Source: Minisyncoccota bacterium
GTDB lineage: Bacteria > Patescibacteriota > Minisyncoccia > UBA6257 > JAVHQB01
Reading direction: 5' to 3'
Length of the DNA: 64,000 bases
Assembly: GCA_036170905.1 (NCBI GenBank)
Contig: JAVHQB010000093.1
Coordinates: forward strand, 123-64,122
Below, in pieces: positions 9,560 to 19,693 of the stretch. The notes beneath the pieces are model-generated. The model worked only from the letters and a program-made list of their open reading frames with translations, was not told where the DNA came from and did no database searches. Within the stretch, counting starts at the first letter, position 1. Each line of letters opens with the position of its first letter. The position numbers and the translations under genes are program-made.

Positions 9560-10924
9560 TTAAGAAATACCCCCCTTATAGACGCCTAAGGCCCTCGCAA
9601 GCCCAAATAGCATCCCCTTCCTTACCTCCCTGACCCATGGGCTATTTCTTCCTTTAATATACCACTCCGATTTATTATTATAGCGAATATTCAAAGATTC
9701 CTGCTCTCTCCACAGCCGCGATTTATGGGGGATGTAACAGTTGCTGACGCTTACAAATTCATCAATATATTTCCTGTTCTTGAATAAAAATACCATAGTC
9801 TCTATTATATCACTCCATCTTTCCGTAGGATAACCTACCATCCATAACGTATTTACCTTTATCCCGGAATCGTGAGTCCTCCGTAAGGCTTGAGAGATAT
9901 GCTTTTTTAGCGGCTTACCCATATGCGCCAGGACCCTGGCTGCTCCGCTTTCGATGCCGTATGTAAAATAAATTCCCCCTGCTTTTTTTACTTTATATAA
10001 AAATTCTTGCGACATTTCTACCCGCGCACGAGCCATCCCACCCCATTCAAAATTATTTTTTCCGGAGATTATCTTATCTGCCAGCTGCCCCAATTTGCCT
10101 AAATCCCCGTTAACCATTAAGTCGTTACATTTAAAACGCCTGCGGCCAAAGAGTGCGCTGTGTTTTATCATTTCCCCAAGGATATTATCAACGCTTCGCA
10201 TCCGATACCTTCCCCACATGGGCGCGTCGGTACAGAATGCGCAACTATAATTACATCCCCGACTGAAAATAATCGGAATTTCCGCCTTATTGGTATATCG
10301 CTCAAAATCAAATAATTTTAACGCAGGAAACGGAATGCTATCTACATCTAAAGGATTGGTGTCCCATCCGTTATCCCTAAAGCCTGCGCCTGTATAAATT
10401 AACGTTCCTTCTATAACTGCATCTCTCATGGATTCGCCACGTTCAATTTTTCCTGCTATCTTACTAATAATCTTTTCGCCTTCCCCGCGAACATAAACAT
10501 CAACATTATTATTTAACTCTCCGGTTTCCATGACCTCCGCACACCATGGCCCGCCAAAAACGATACAGACGTCCTTCGCTTTTTTCTTTAATGCATCCGC
10601 CAACAAATTAGCTAATATCCTCGAATGACTGTTAACGCTTAAACCGATAATTCTCGGATTACGTTCCAGAACGGCCTCTGTCCATTTTTCCAACAAATCG
10701 GGTACATTAAAATTCATACTTATTTTTTCTAAAGATGTCCAGTAATCGGAATTTTCCCAATCCCACAAAAATTGCTTATCTTTACTTTCTACGTATAATT
10801 GAGAATTGAAACAAAAAACAGAAACATCATATCCGTTATTTATTAACTGGCCGGCTATATAAGCTATACCCAAAGGCGGCATATCAACACCATAAAGAGG
10901 AGGAAAGACTAAGGCTATATTCAT
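9560..10924 (-). CDS. B12-binding-domain (class B) radical SAM enzyme, probably a methyltransferase or other C-H functionaliser
   Basis: The N-terminus (MNIALVFPPL...PPLGIAYIAG...IIGLS) has the Rossmann-like B12-binding layout. FSRGCNYSCAFC is the CxxxCxxC motif. Confidence 0.7.
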   Translation of the reverse strand: MNIALVFPPLYGVDMPPLGIAYIAGQLINNGYDVSVFCFNSQLYVESKDKQFLWDWENSDYWTSLEKISMNFNVPDLLEKWTEAVLERNPRIIGLSVNSHSRILANLLADALKKKAKDVCIVFGGPWCAEVMETGELNNNVDVYVRGEGEKIISKIAGKIERGESMRDAVIEGTLIYTGAGFRDNGWDTNPLDVDSIPFPALKLFDFERYTNKAEIPIIFSRGCNYSCAFCTDAPMWGRYRMRSVDNILGEMIKHSALFGRRRFKCNDLMVNGDLGKLGQLADKIISGKNNFEWGGMARARVEMSQEFLYKVKKAGGIYFTYGIESGAARVLAHMGKPLKKHISQALRRTHDSGIKVNTLWMVGYPTERWSDIIETMVFLFKNRKYIDEFVSVSNCYIPHKSRLWREQESLNIRYNNKSEWYIKGRNSPWVREVRKGMLFGLARALGVYKGGIS

Positions 10925-10932
10925 ATTTATTT

Positions 10933-11982
10933 TTAAAAATTATTTTTTATGATATTTTTTAAACTAGCGGATTCATCTCGGGCATGGCAATCCTGAAGAC
11001 AGTAATTACGGCATTTTTTTATGCCTATTCTTCTTTTTTTAGCCTTTTCAGAATACCAGATTTTTTTGACTGAAGATTCTTTCCTGATGTTGCCGATTTC
11101 TTCACCACACATCTGAATTACCCCGCCGGGAATTACTGCAAATCTGCGATAACCGGCAAAACAAACCCATTCTCCTTCGCAGATATTCCTCCTAAAATAT
11201 TTTTTGATTAAACGGAAGCTAGGGTAATTCAAACCATAACCTTGCTGCTGGAGAATGTTGATTTTATCTATCATCTGATCGAGCTTATTCAGGCGTTCTC
11301 CGGTAATCCATAAATTATCCTCACCTCCAGATGAATCTTGTTTGTACAGTTTGACGTTATCAAAAACTACGGAAGTTATATATAAGGCATTGATAGATAA
11401 ACTCCTGGCTAAAGAAAAATATTCCTCCAACTCATCAAGGTTATAGTTGGATAGGGTTAAAATCATTACCTTGATTAATTTCTTCGCATTCGGGCAACTG
11501 TTTAAATGCTTTATTCCCTGCATTATTTTATCAAAAGCCCCAGGCTGAGCCCTAATTTTATCATGTGTTGCCGCTTTTGATCCATCAACAGATATCGTAA
11601 TTATATCCAACCCCGACTGGATCAATTCTTTAGCTAAATCTTCCGTTATTAAAGTGCCGTTTGTTGTTAGTATAACCTTCATATCAGAAGCTTTAGCAAA
11701 TTTTATTACATCAAAGATTAATTCACTGATCAATGGTTCGCCGCCGCATAAATTAATCTCTTTTACTCCCCACTCTTTACATTGGCTGATCACACCCTTA
11801 ACCTCTTCTAAAGTCAGATCATCTTCCTTCTTGGCGTCTTTCCAGGCATTGCACATTTTACACCTAAGATTACATCTGCTGGTGAGTGAAATCTGCAGGG
11901 TATCCGGGGGAACTAGAGGATAATTAATTTTCCTCGATAGCCAAAAGCCTATATCCTTTTTTAATTTTACTGAGATATTCAT
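10933..11982 (-). CDS. Radical SAM/SPASM-domain enzyme
   Basis: TSRCNLRCKMC motif, then CGGEPLISELIF. The C-terminus reads VCFAGYRRFAVIPGGVIQMCGEEIGNI...CRNYCLQDC. Confidence 0.8.
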   Translation of the reverse strand: MNISVKLKKDIGFWLSRKINYPLVPPDTLQISLTSRCNLRCKMCNAWKDAKKEDDLTLEEVKGVISQCKEWGVKEINLCGGEPLISELIFDVIKFAKASDMKVILTTNGTLITEDLAKELIQSGLDIITISVDGSKAATHDKIRAQPGAFDKIMQGIKHLNSCPNAKKLIKVMILTLSNYNLDELEEYFSLARSLSINALYITSVVFDNVKLYKQDSSGGEDNLWITGERLNKLDQMIDKINILQQQGYGLNYPSFRLIKKYFRRNICEGEWVCFAGYRRFAVIPGGVIQMCGEEIGNIRKESSVKKIWYSEKAKKRRIGIKKCRNYCLQDCHARDESASLKNIIKNNF

Positions 11983-12027
11983 AATTTTGGCCTAAACGCA
12001 TACTTTACTTTAAACCATAACCGATAG

Positions 12028-13917
12028 CTAATCACAAAAGCAGGGTAAAAGACAAGGGTGTTTGCATCCCCTCACCCTGTCCCTGGCCTGCTCACTATCT
12101 TTAGATGCATATATTTCTTTTAAACTATTCTTACGAATATTACCATAACTTTCAAAACACGTAGTTACCTCTCCATTATTAGCGATAAGCATGGTTTTAG
12201 TCGCATAGAGACATTTTACGTCATTTTGGGATAAAGAGCCCCGAAAATATTTTTTTATAAGACTAAGGTTGCTTTCTGAATTACGCACAAGGGCAGGGTT
12301 ATTTCTTTTAAACTCCATAAGGTTATCAATTGTTTTGTCTAAAACAGCGAGCCTGTCCGGAGTAATCCAATATTTAGCGCCTTTTTTCCTCTCATTCATG
12401 GCCAGATTATTCGCAAGCAAAGGCTGGAATTGAATAGAATTTATATTTAACGATTTTAGAAAAATAGCCAGATCCAAAAGCTCTTCTAAATTTTCATTAA
12501 GAATTACTGATATAGAATTAAAGTTTATGCCTGGATATTCTTTTTTAAATTCGGAAAGCATCTTTAAGGCATTAGAAGTTTTATCAAAACATCCCTTGAC
12601 CCCCCTGATTTCATCATGAATTCCCGGGGTTAACGCATCAAGAGAAATGCTTAAAGAAAGGTATCCGCCTGCTAAATACGGAAGTAATCTTTTAATAAAA
12701 TTACCGTTCAATATAACCCCGTTAGTCAATACCCCGACATGATATTCCTTTTCTCGTACAAAATCCAGTATCTCAAAAATATCTTTTCGTATGAGAGGCT
12801 CGCCTCCGGATAAAGCAAAGTCCTTAACCTGCCAATCAAGCGCTTCATTTATAATCCTCCCTACTTCCTTTAAGGTATATTCTTTAACCGGCTTATCTTT
12901 TCTGATCTCGCAAATATTACACTGGAGATTACATCTATGGGATATATCTAAGATAATTAATTCCGGCTTAAGGAAATTTTTATCAAGTATTTTTTTTGTC
13001 CTGCCATACTCGAACGTATTGCCTATTAAGTAATTAATTTTATGTAATACAAAATAAATATAAACTTGGAATTTTTCATAAAAGCTCAACCGATTATGAC
13101 ATCGGATCAAGCGTTTGCCTAAAAGATAAGCAAAGCGCGGTATTTTAATAATATTTATAATTAATCCGGAAATAAAAACAACACTGTTTTTGGTCTTTAT
13201 TTCTTTTAACAAAGGATGATCCTGATGCATATATTGAACTAAATAATTTCCCCTGCCGTACATATATGCCTGCTTTAGAAAAGAAATCAGATCCGTATGA
13301 CAATCATGGAATACTTTTATGTCTTTCTTATAACTGAACCTGTTACCTTTCTTAAAAAGCCGCCAGAAAAAATCCAGATCTTCACCCGCAGGCAAAGGGA
13401 ATAATTCGTCAAACTCGCTGACAAGAGAGGCCCGCTTAAAAGATACATTACAGGTAGGGAAAAATATGGTTTCAGGTTTCCCGTTTATTTCTGTTTCTAT
13501 CGCCCCGTCGCTTAAGAATTGGCTAACCTGTGCCTTAATATTATGGCTGTCAACCTCAGTAAAACCTCCGATTGCTGCAATATGCTCCTCTTGGCTATGC
13601 GCCCGAACCATATTTTTGACCCAATCTTTATCTAGAACGCAATCACTATCCGTAAATCCAACTATCCCTGCCCGGGCATGTTTAATACCTAAGTTTCTGG
13701 CAGCAGCAGGGCCCCTATGGCTCTGGATAAAATACTTTAAATTTGGATTTATCTTAGAAAGCGCGCAAAGCATATCCTTGGTCCCATCAACCGAACCATC
13801 ATCTATAACGATTATCTCAAAAGCGTCTCCGGGATAACTCTGCACAAATAAAGAGTCCAGACAAAATTTAAGTTTAACCTTTCGATTATAAGTGGGAATT
13901 ATTACAGATATGTCCAT
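12028..13917 (-). CDS. Fusion protein: N-terminal GT2 (GT-A) glycosyltransferase domain joined to a C-terminal radical SAM/SPASM domain
   Basis: N-terminus MDISVIIPTYNR...IIVIDDGSVDGT...FTDSDC is GT2-like, with a DxD-type motif. The C-terminal half carries DISHRCNLQCNIC, LSGGEPLIRKDIF and SPASM cysteines (KCLYATK...TCFESYGNI...GCKHPCLLPCFCD). Confidence 0.75.
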   Translation of the reverse strand: MDISVIIPTYNRKVKLKFCLDSLFVQSYPGDAFEIIVIDDGSVDGTKDMLCALSKINPNLKYFIQSHRGPAAARNLGIKHARAGIVGFTDSDCVLDKDWVKNMVRAHSQEEHIAAIGGFTEVDSHNIKAQVSQFLSDGAIETEINGKPETIFFPTCNVSFKRASLVSEFDELFPLPAGEDLDFFWRLFKKGNRFSYKKDIKVFHDCHTDLISFLKQAYMYGRGNYLVQYMHQDHPLLKEIKTKNSVVFISGLIINIIKIPRFAYLLGKRLIRCHNRLSFYEKFQVYIYFVLHKINYLIGNTFEYGRTKKILDKNFLKPELIILDISHRCNLQCNICEIRKDKPVKEYTLKEVGRIINEALDWQVKDFALSGGEPLIRKDIFEILDFVREKEYHVGVLTNGVILNGNFIKRLLPYLAGGYLSLSISLDALTPGIHDEIRGVKGCFDKTSNALKMLSEFKKEYPGINFNSISVILNENLEELLDLAIFLKSLNINSIQFQPLLANNLAMNERKKGAKYWITPDRLAVLDKTIDNLMEFKRNNPALVRNSESNLSLIKKYFRGSLSQNDVKCLYATKTMLIANNGEVTTCFESYGNIRKNSLKEIYASKDSEQARDRVRGCKHPCLLPCFCD

Positions 13918-16632
13918 TTACTTACCGTGTATGTTTAGGATACCGGAAAAATATGGATACTTACCCGGGGAAAAGTTTGTTTTTAAAGAAGATGAATACT
14001 GTAAAACTCTACCACGATGATACCGGTCAGAATTTATTATTTTAAGACACCATTCTGGATTTAATTTTTGGAGAAATAAAGAAACTTCCGGTAGGTTATG
14101 CATAAGGTTCTCTTTCAGGCTGATAAGCTTGTCGTTTTGTTTGCCACACCATAGACAATCCCAATCATCATCAATATCATCCCTAAATTCCGGGAAATAA
14201 CCTTCATCCTTACCCACTAGCCATTGGGAGAACTTCTCAGAAAACATGATATTCGCCTGAAGACGATCTAGGTCAACCTCCTTCTCTACTTCTAAATTAA
14301 CCCTCCATTCAAACAATCCCGTATTCCCAACTACAATTTCCCACTCCTGGAATAGGGGCAAATCCAACCATTTACCGACAGCTTTAATTTTCCGGCTATC
14401 TTTGTAAACGATTTTCCAATGAGCAGATGAAAAAGAATCATACCAGCGGCCGTTGGAGCGCATTGAAGTATATAACGCAATATTCTTGGTAATCTCCTTT
14501 GCGTTTTTATAAAACTTCCCACTTCCTCTATTAAATACAAATCTGATAGCTTTATCTTCAATGATATTATCAGAATATTCGATGTTCATTAATTTATTCT
14601 TATCTAAAGAAAACTTGGCCTTAAAAACCTCATACTTACCGGGAGAGAATACAACCTTTGTTTCCGGCTCTACCCTTTCTAAGTGCAGGAGCCTTGCCTT
14701 ACCATATGAATTAGAATTAAAAACTTTTACAAAATTACCTAATTTCTCAGAAAAGAATAATGATAATGTCGGCAATTTCCCACTAGGATCATGTAATCCT
14801 ACCCGTCCTGTGGAAATACACCTTTTTAACAAGTCTACATCTACATCATTAAATGTGTCACTGAATTTCTCAGAGATAAATTCGCTAAAGAATAACTTAA
14901 AATCTTCAGAAAAAAAACATCTCAGGCGCTGCCGCTCGATAGCTATATTTTGGTTAACTTCCATATCGACATCCCAGGTAAAAGAATGGTCTTCGGATAT
15001 ATTAATCCGCCATATTTGAGAAATTCCAAGATCATTCCAGCTACCACGGGCAATCAATTTATTTTCTGCCACTTTTTCTAAGGACCAGGAAGCTGAATTT
15101 GAAGCAAACCAACTTTGCTTTATAAGAAATTCAGAATACATATGGCCAGCCTTAGTTAAAGCAATGTTATCAAATAATACAGTCAGCTTGCCATTATCAA
15201 AGACTAATTTCAACTTTCCGCTTGATATAATAAATTCCTTTTGCACCTTAGAGATATAATCATCGATATCATGGACATCAACAATTATTTTACTGGAAAA
15301 ACAGATCCGCCGGCTCGATTGGTTAATCTGCCCTCCGGAAAAGGGGATTATTTTATATTGCAGTATGCGGCCAGGATTAATATAATCAGAATTGAAGATG
15401 CCTGCATAGCCATGGTATCTTAAGCGTGCTTGCTCAAAAAGTAATGCCGGGAGCTTACCGGAAGAAGGATTCTGCGAATATACGCCAATACAAGCAGTTG
15501 AATTATTTTTAAGTGATACAGATTTCCAATACTTATCTTCCTCCTTTATGGCAGAAAACTCTCCTTGTTCTAAATCAGCAACCCACTTTTTATAACCATC
15601 AACCAGCGCAATATTAACACACACCTCAGGCAACTGTGTATCTTTTTCTAATTCAATTTCTATATCCCAGTTAATCTCATAATTGTCAGAAACCCCTATC
15701 CTCCAAATCTGAGCCATTGCAAGATGGTAAAACTTGCCAGTTGCTACAAGTTTACCATTGGACTCCTCAACATCCCATTCTGCCTGGGTAGAACTATACC
15801 ATGCATCAGCTACTCGAAATACCGTATAAACCCCGGATGAAAGCGTAATTAATTTACCTTCCCAATTCAATAGTAACTTACCATTATTAAATACCAGATT
15901 GAACTGCTTTCTTTCAATAATAGCTATCCCTTTTGGACTACCGACTGTCTGTGAATAAAAAGATAATGCCTTGGTCGTCTCTTCATCTTTAATCAGCATT
16001 CCCTGCTTTAAAAATATTGTCCTTGCGCAGAGTTTTTGCAACATAGTCATATCATGAGTAACAATAATAACGGTCTTGCCTTTTTGTTTTATCTCGAATA
16101 TTTCCTTAATGCATTTTCTCTGGAAATACTCATCTCCCACAGCCAGCGTATCATCTACAAGAAAAATATCGGAGTCCATATGCACTGCTATGGCAAATGC
16201 CAAACGCACAAACATGCCTTGAGAATAGCATTTTACCGGAGCATCGATAAACTTGCCGATTTCAGCAAAATCAATAATCTGCTGAAACTTTTCTTTAGCC
16301 TGATCTGCACGCAAACCAAAGAGTTCAAACTGCAGAGAAATGTTCTCCCGGCCGGTAAGCTCTGTCTGAAAGCCTGCACCCAACTCCAAAAGCCCGGAGA
16401 CGCTGCCTGAAACTGCTATTTCACCGCGATCAGGCTTTAACATGCCCGCAATTAATTTTAAAAGGGTAGACTTACCTGACCCGTTTTCACCGATAATTCC
16501 CAACGACTCTCCTTTTTCCATAGAGAAATTGATTCCTCGTAAAGCCCAGAAATTATCCCAGGAGGCCTTACCGTTAATCATAAACTTAATCCGGTACATC
16601 TCCCAGGCATCTTTAAATTCAATTATAGGCAT
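13918..16632 (-). CDS. wzt: Wzt/TagH-type ABC transporter ATPase with a ~650-aa C-terminal extension built from three repeated modules (putative glycan-binding domains)
   Basis: Walker A is GENGSGKST. The signature is YSQGMFVRLAFA. Walker B is IFLVDDTLAVGDE. The C-terminal region contains three related ~90-aa segments (e.g. ...KLIARGSWNDLGISQIWRINISEDHSFTWDVDMEV). Confidence 0.8.
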   Translation of the reverse strand: MPIIEFKDAWEMYRIKFMINGKASWDNFWALRGINFSMEKGESLGIIGENGSGKSTLLKLIAGMLKPDRGEIAVSGSVSGLLELGAGFQTELTGRENISLQFELFGLRADQAKEKFQQIIDFAEIGKFIDAPVKCYSQGMFVRLAFAIAVHMDSDIFLVDDTLAVGDEYFQRKCIKEIFEIKQKGKTVIIVTHDMTMLQKLCARTIFLKQGMLIKDEETTKALSFYSQTVGSPKGIAIIERKQFNLVFNNGKLLLNWEGKLITLSSGVYTVFRVADAWYSSTQAEWDVEESNGKLVATGKFYHLAMAQIWRIGVSDNYEINWDIEIELEKDTQLPEVCVNIALVDGYKKWVADLEQGEFSAIKEEDKYWKSVSLKNNSTACIGVYSQNPSSGKLPALLFEQARLRYHGYAGIFNSDYINPGRILQYKIIPFSGGQINQSSRRICFSSKIIVDVHDIDDYISKVQKEFIISSGKLKLVFDNGKLTVLFDNIALTKAGHMYSEFLIKQSWFASNSASWSLEKVAENKLIARGSWNDLGISQIWRINISEDHSFTWDVDMEVNQNIAIERQRLRCFFSEDFKLFFSEFISEKFSDTFNDVDVDLLKRCISTGRVGLHDPSGKLPTLSLFFSEKLGNFVKVFNSNSYGKARLLHLERVEPETKVVFSPGKYEVFKAKFSLDKNKLMNIEYSDNIIEDKAIRFVFNRGSGKFYKNAKEITKNIALYTSMRSNGRWYDSFSSAHWKIVYKDSRKIKAVGKWLDLPLFQEWEIVVGNTGLFEWRVNLEVEKEVDLDRLQANIMFSEKFSQWLVGKDEGYFPEFRDDIDDDWDCLWCGKQNDKLISLKENLMHNLPEVSLFLQKLNPEWCLKIINSDRYHRGRVLQYSSSLKTNFSPGKYPYFSGILNIHGK

Positions 16633-16633
16633 A

Positions 16634-17425
16634 TTAAATACGCTTTAATGCGCTCGCTTCAAGCCGGATTGACACCAATAACCCAATAAACAAACTAGAG
16701 AAAGTCCAGCCGATAACTCCCAAAAATGTTGCCAGATCGGGCATTTTGGCCCCAAAGATTATATCCCGATAGCAAAGAATGAACGTCGACATAGGATTAA
16801 AATTAAAAACCCATCTGAATTTCACAGGGACCATTTCAATAGAATAGAACACAGGTGTAACCCAAAACCAAAACATAAACAGAATTCCCATCAGGTGTTC
16901 TAGGTCGCGAAAAAGAATATTGACTACGCTAAGTAACAAAGCAATTCCGCAGGTGAAAAAATAAGTCAATAAAAATAGCACTAGCAACCAAGGGGCCAGG
17001 AGAAGAATCTTAGGATTGTGGAAAACAAAGATTGGATAAACGATACACCAGCTCATAAGAAAATTCATAAAATAAGATAGCACCGAACTTAAAGGCAGTA
17101 TTTCTTTTGGTAAACTAAATTGATGCAGAACGCTTTTTTGAGCTAATAAAGAAGGGGTAGCTTCGGATAAGGCTCCACAAAAAAACATCCACGGCAGGAT
17201 ACCTGTAAGAACAAACAGAGAAAAATCCTTTACTTCAGTTTTAAAAACAGCGGTAAATACAAAAGTTATTACCAGCATCATTAAAAGAGGATTTATTATC
17301 ACCCAAAAAAAGCCTAAAATAGAACCGGCATATTTAGCCTTAAGTTGTTTCCCTGATATGCTCCATAAAGAACGCCGATAGGAATATATTTTCCGAATTT
17401 TTTCTATAATCAAGCTTAGGGACAT
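16634..17425 (-). CDS. wzm: ABC-2 type polysaccharide/teichoic-acid exporter permease (Wzm/TagG-like)
   Basis: 263 aa with six predicted transmembrane helices and an ABC-2 layout (SILGFFWVIINPLL...). It sits directly upstream of the Wzt ATPase with a 1-nt gap. Confidence 0.75.
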   Translation of the reverse strand: MSLSLIIEKIRKIYSYRRSLWSISGKQLKAKYAGSILGFFWVIINPLLMMLVITFVFTAVFKTEVKDFSLFVLTGILPWMFFCGALSEATPSLLAQKSVLHQFSLPKEILPLSSVLSYFMNFLMSWCIVYPIFVFHNPKILLLAPWLLVLFLLTYFFTCGIALLLSVVNILFRDLEHLMGILFMFWFWVTPVFYSIEMVPVKFRWVFNFNPMSTFILCYRDIIFGAKMPDLATFLGVIGWTFSSLFIGLLVSIRLEASALKRI

Positions 17426-18717
17426 TTTATTTTCTCGGCTACCCTTTGGCCATCAAGTATAGCATCTTCCATAGACATATACTGCCAGTTTCCGTAACGG
17501 CCGCAGGCAATTATATTATTACGCAGTAAAAATTCTTTTATTGTTTTAGTTGCCTGCGAATAATGCTGATCATAAATAGGATAACCGTATTTTATATCAT
17601 TGGTGTCTGAAACTAACACTTTGTTTTTTTTATTCAAGATCCCGATTCTGTTAAGATCATTTAAAATCCGCTTAACAATCTTTCCTCTGGAAATTGGCTT
17701 ACTTTTTGAATATGCAACCTCCGCATATAAAGAACTCCTACCCTTAGGAGCAATAGTATTGGAAAAATTATGGAAGAATCCAGCCCTAAAAAATATAGTT
17801 TCTTGATGCGGAAAATACACCCAATGTTTACCGTCTCGGTAGCTTCCCTCTACGCCAAGATTCAAATTAAAAATTGAATTCCAGCGCAGTTTTTTGAAAC
17901 TGCTAAGAATTTTATCAGGTAACGGCTTGATTATTCTTATCAATTCAGGTAAAGGTATTGTTGAAATTAAGATATCGAATCTTTTCTTACCCGCGCCTAT
18001 AATAGTTATCTCCTTTTTTTCAAGATCAATTTCACTTATGCAACAATTCTTGTAAACATCGCCAATCTGTTTTTCAAATGCCTGAGGAAGTTGTCCTATT
18101 CCTCCTTTTCTGGGATACCAAAAGATAGCATTATAACCAAAACCATCCCTGCTCTTGCCAAAGAACCCGCTAGCTATATCTACTAGGCTGAGCTGGGGAA
18201 TAAATTTATCAGTCCAGGCGCAAGTCATTTGGCTCAAAGGAACTGTCCAAAATTTCTTATTATAAGGAATCATAAAATGCCTGGCTATACCTTTGCCAAA
18301 GGTAGTATTTATCCATTTTAGAAAATTTACCTGGCTTTTACTGGCCCAAGAACTGCTAGCCTGAATAAATTCCAATAAACATTCCCTGGCTATTGGCTTA
18401 GGTAAGGCATAGAGATTAGCCTGAAAGGGATAGCGGCTAAAAATACCGAAATTACTGATCCAGGCGCTTCTTTCATGACGTACCAAATTCCCCTTTAATA
18501 GTTTTCTCACCAGCCTCAGCGTATAACTGTTGCGAAAATGCAAAAGGTGGCCGTCATAATCAAAAATAAAACCATTGATTTGCTTAGAGCGACACAGACC
18601 GCCTACTGTATTTTCTTTTTCAAATACAGTAGCCCCTATCCCTCTTTTCTTAAGATGCCAGGCAGTACTTAAACCTGCAAGGCCTGCCCCTAAAATAACA
18701 ATCTTCTTTTTAGTCAT
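17416..18717 (-). CDS. FAD/NAD(P)-binding flavoprotein of the UDP-galactopyranose mutase / amine-oxidase superfamily
   Basis: N-terminal dinucleotide fold IVILGAGLAGLSTAWHL...FEKENTVGGL. The C-terminus GRYGNWQYMSMEDAILDGQRVAEKI resembles the UGM C-terminal GR.G.Y.Y.MD motif. Confidence 0.5.
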   Translation of the reverse strand: MTKKKIVILGAGLAGLSTAWHLKKRGIGATVFEKENTVGGLCRSKQINGFIFDYDGHLLHFRNSYTLRLVRKLLKGNLVRHERSAWISNFGIFSRYPFQANLYALPKPIARECLLEFIQASSSWASKSQVNFLKWINTTFGKGIARHFMIPYNKKFWTVPLSQMTCAWTDKFIPQLSLVDIASGFFGKSRDGFGYNAIFWYPRKGGIGQLPQAFEKQIGDVYKNCCISEIDLEKKEITIIGAGKKRFDILISTIPLPELIRIIKPLPDKILSSFKKLRWNSIFNLNLGVEGSYRDGKHWVYFPHQETIFFRAGFFHNFSNTIAPKGRSSLYAEVAYSKSKPISRGKIVKRILNDLNRIGILNKKNKVLVSDTNDIKYGYPIYDQHYSQATKTIKEFLLRNNIIACGRYGNWQYMSMEDAILDGQRVAEKIKCP

Positions 18718-19693
18718 TTGTTTCTATTTTTACCAACCTCCAGAATATACTTATACTAAATAAGAAAACAGTTGTAATAATACCCGCTGCGAATAGATTA
18801 TTTACCCTGGTCAGGACAACACCACAGCTAGCAAAAATAGAGCATAATAAATACATAATCAAAATTGTTTTGGCTGGCGAAAAACCCAAGGTACCGATTT
18901 TTAATGCAAGATGGTCTCTGCTTTTCTTGAAAGGCGGCCTTCTTTTAATTACCCTGAAGATAACTAGCAATATGGTATCAATAATCGGCAAACCCAGGAT
19001 CATTACCGGACTAAGCAGGGCAAAAGCATTATTAAGAGACGCGTAATGCGTAATTAGGGCGATGGAAGAAATGAGCAAACCCAAGAAATGGCTGCCGGAG
19101 TTACCCAGATAAGCCCTAGCCGGAGGAAGGTTAAAAATTAGAAATCCAGCGCTGCCTGCGCACAAAATAAGACTAAGAATCTGTACATTTAAATCTGCGC
19201 TCAAAAAACCTATCAGCAGGAATGCGCTACTTATAATCAAAGCCGTCCCTGCAGCTAAACCATCCATAATATCCAGCAGATTAAAGGCATTGGTCATACC
19301 TAAAATCCAAAAAAAAGTAATTACAGCATTACCCCAAAAACCAAGATACATAATATCTGTCCTTATTCCAAATAAAATTAATAAAACCGCGCAAAATGAT
19401 TGCGCCAGGAATTTCTGCGCTACCGACAATTCTCTTAAATCGTCAATTACGCCGAAAAACAAAACGAGCAGACAAACACCTGTTACTGCCAATACCTTAA
19501 CTAGAGCAAGATCGAATGTAAAAACACCTAAACCCGAAGAAAAAATAAAGGCCAGCCCTATGCCTAATCCCCCTACCAAAGGAATATTCTTGGTTTGAAG
19601 CATTTTGTATCTTAAAGAAATTTTTGTTAGTAAGAATGTAAAAAACGCGCTAGAGATCAGGGCGCTAGTAAAAATAATCAAATATTTAAGCAT
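18710..19693 (-). CDS. Polyprenyl-phosphate N-acetylhexosamine-1-phosphate transferase (MraY/WecA/WbpL family); the initiating glycosyl-phosphate transferase
   Basis: About 10 transmembrane helices. GVIDDL is a DD motif. NAFNLLDIMDGLAAG is the NxxNxxDGxDGL signature. Confidence 0.8.
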   Translation of the reverse strand: MLKYLIIFTSALISSAFFTFLLTKISLRYKMLQTKNIPLVGGLGIGLAFIFSSGLGVFTFDLALVKVLAVTGVCLLVLFFGVIDDLRELSVAQKFLAQSFCAVLLILFGIRTDIMYLGFWGNAVITFFWILGMTNAFNLLDIMDGLAAGTALIISSAFLLIGFLSADLNVQILSLILCAGSAGFLIFNLPPARAYLGNSGSHFLGLLISSIALITHYASLNNAFALLSPVMILGLPIIDTILLVIFRVIKRRPPFKKSRDHLALKIGTLGFSPAKTILIMYLLCSIFASCGVVLTRVNNLFAAGIITTVFLFSISIFWRLVKIETND

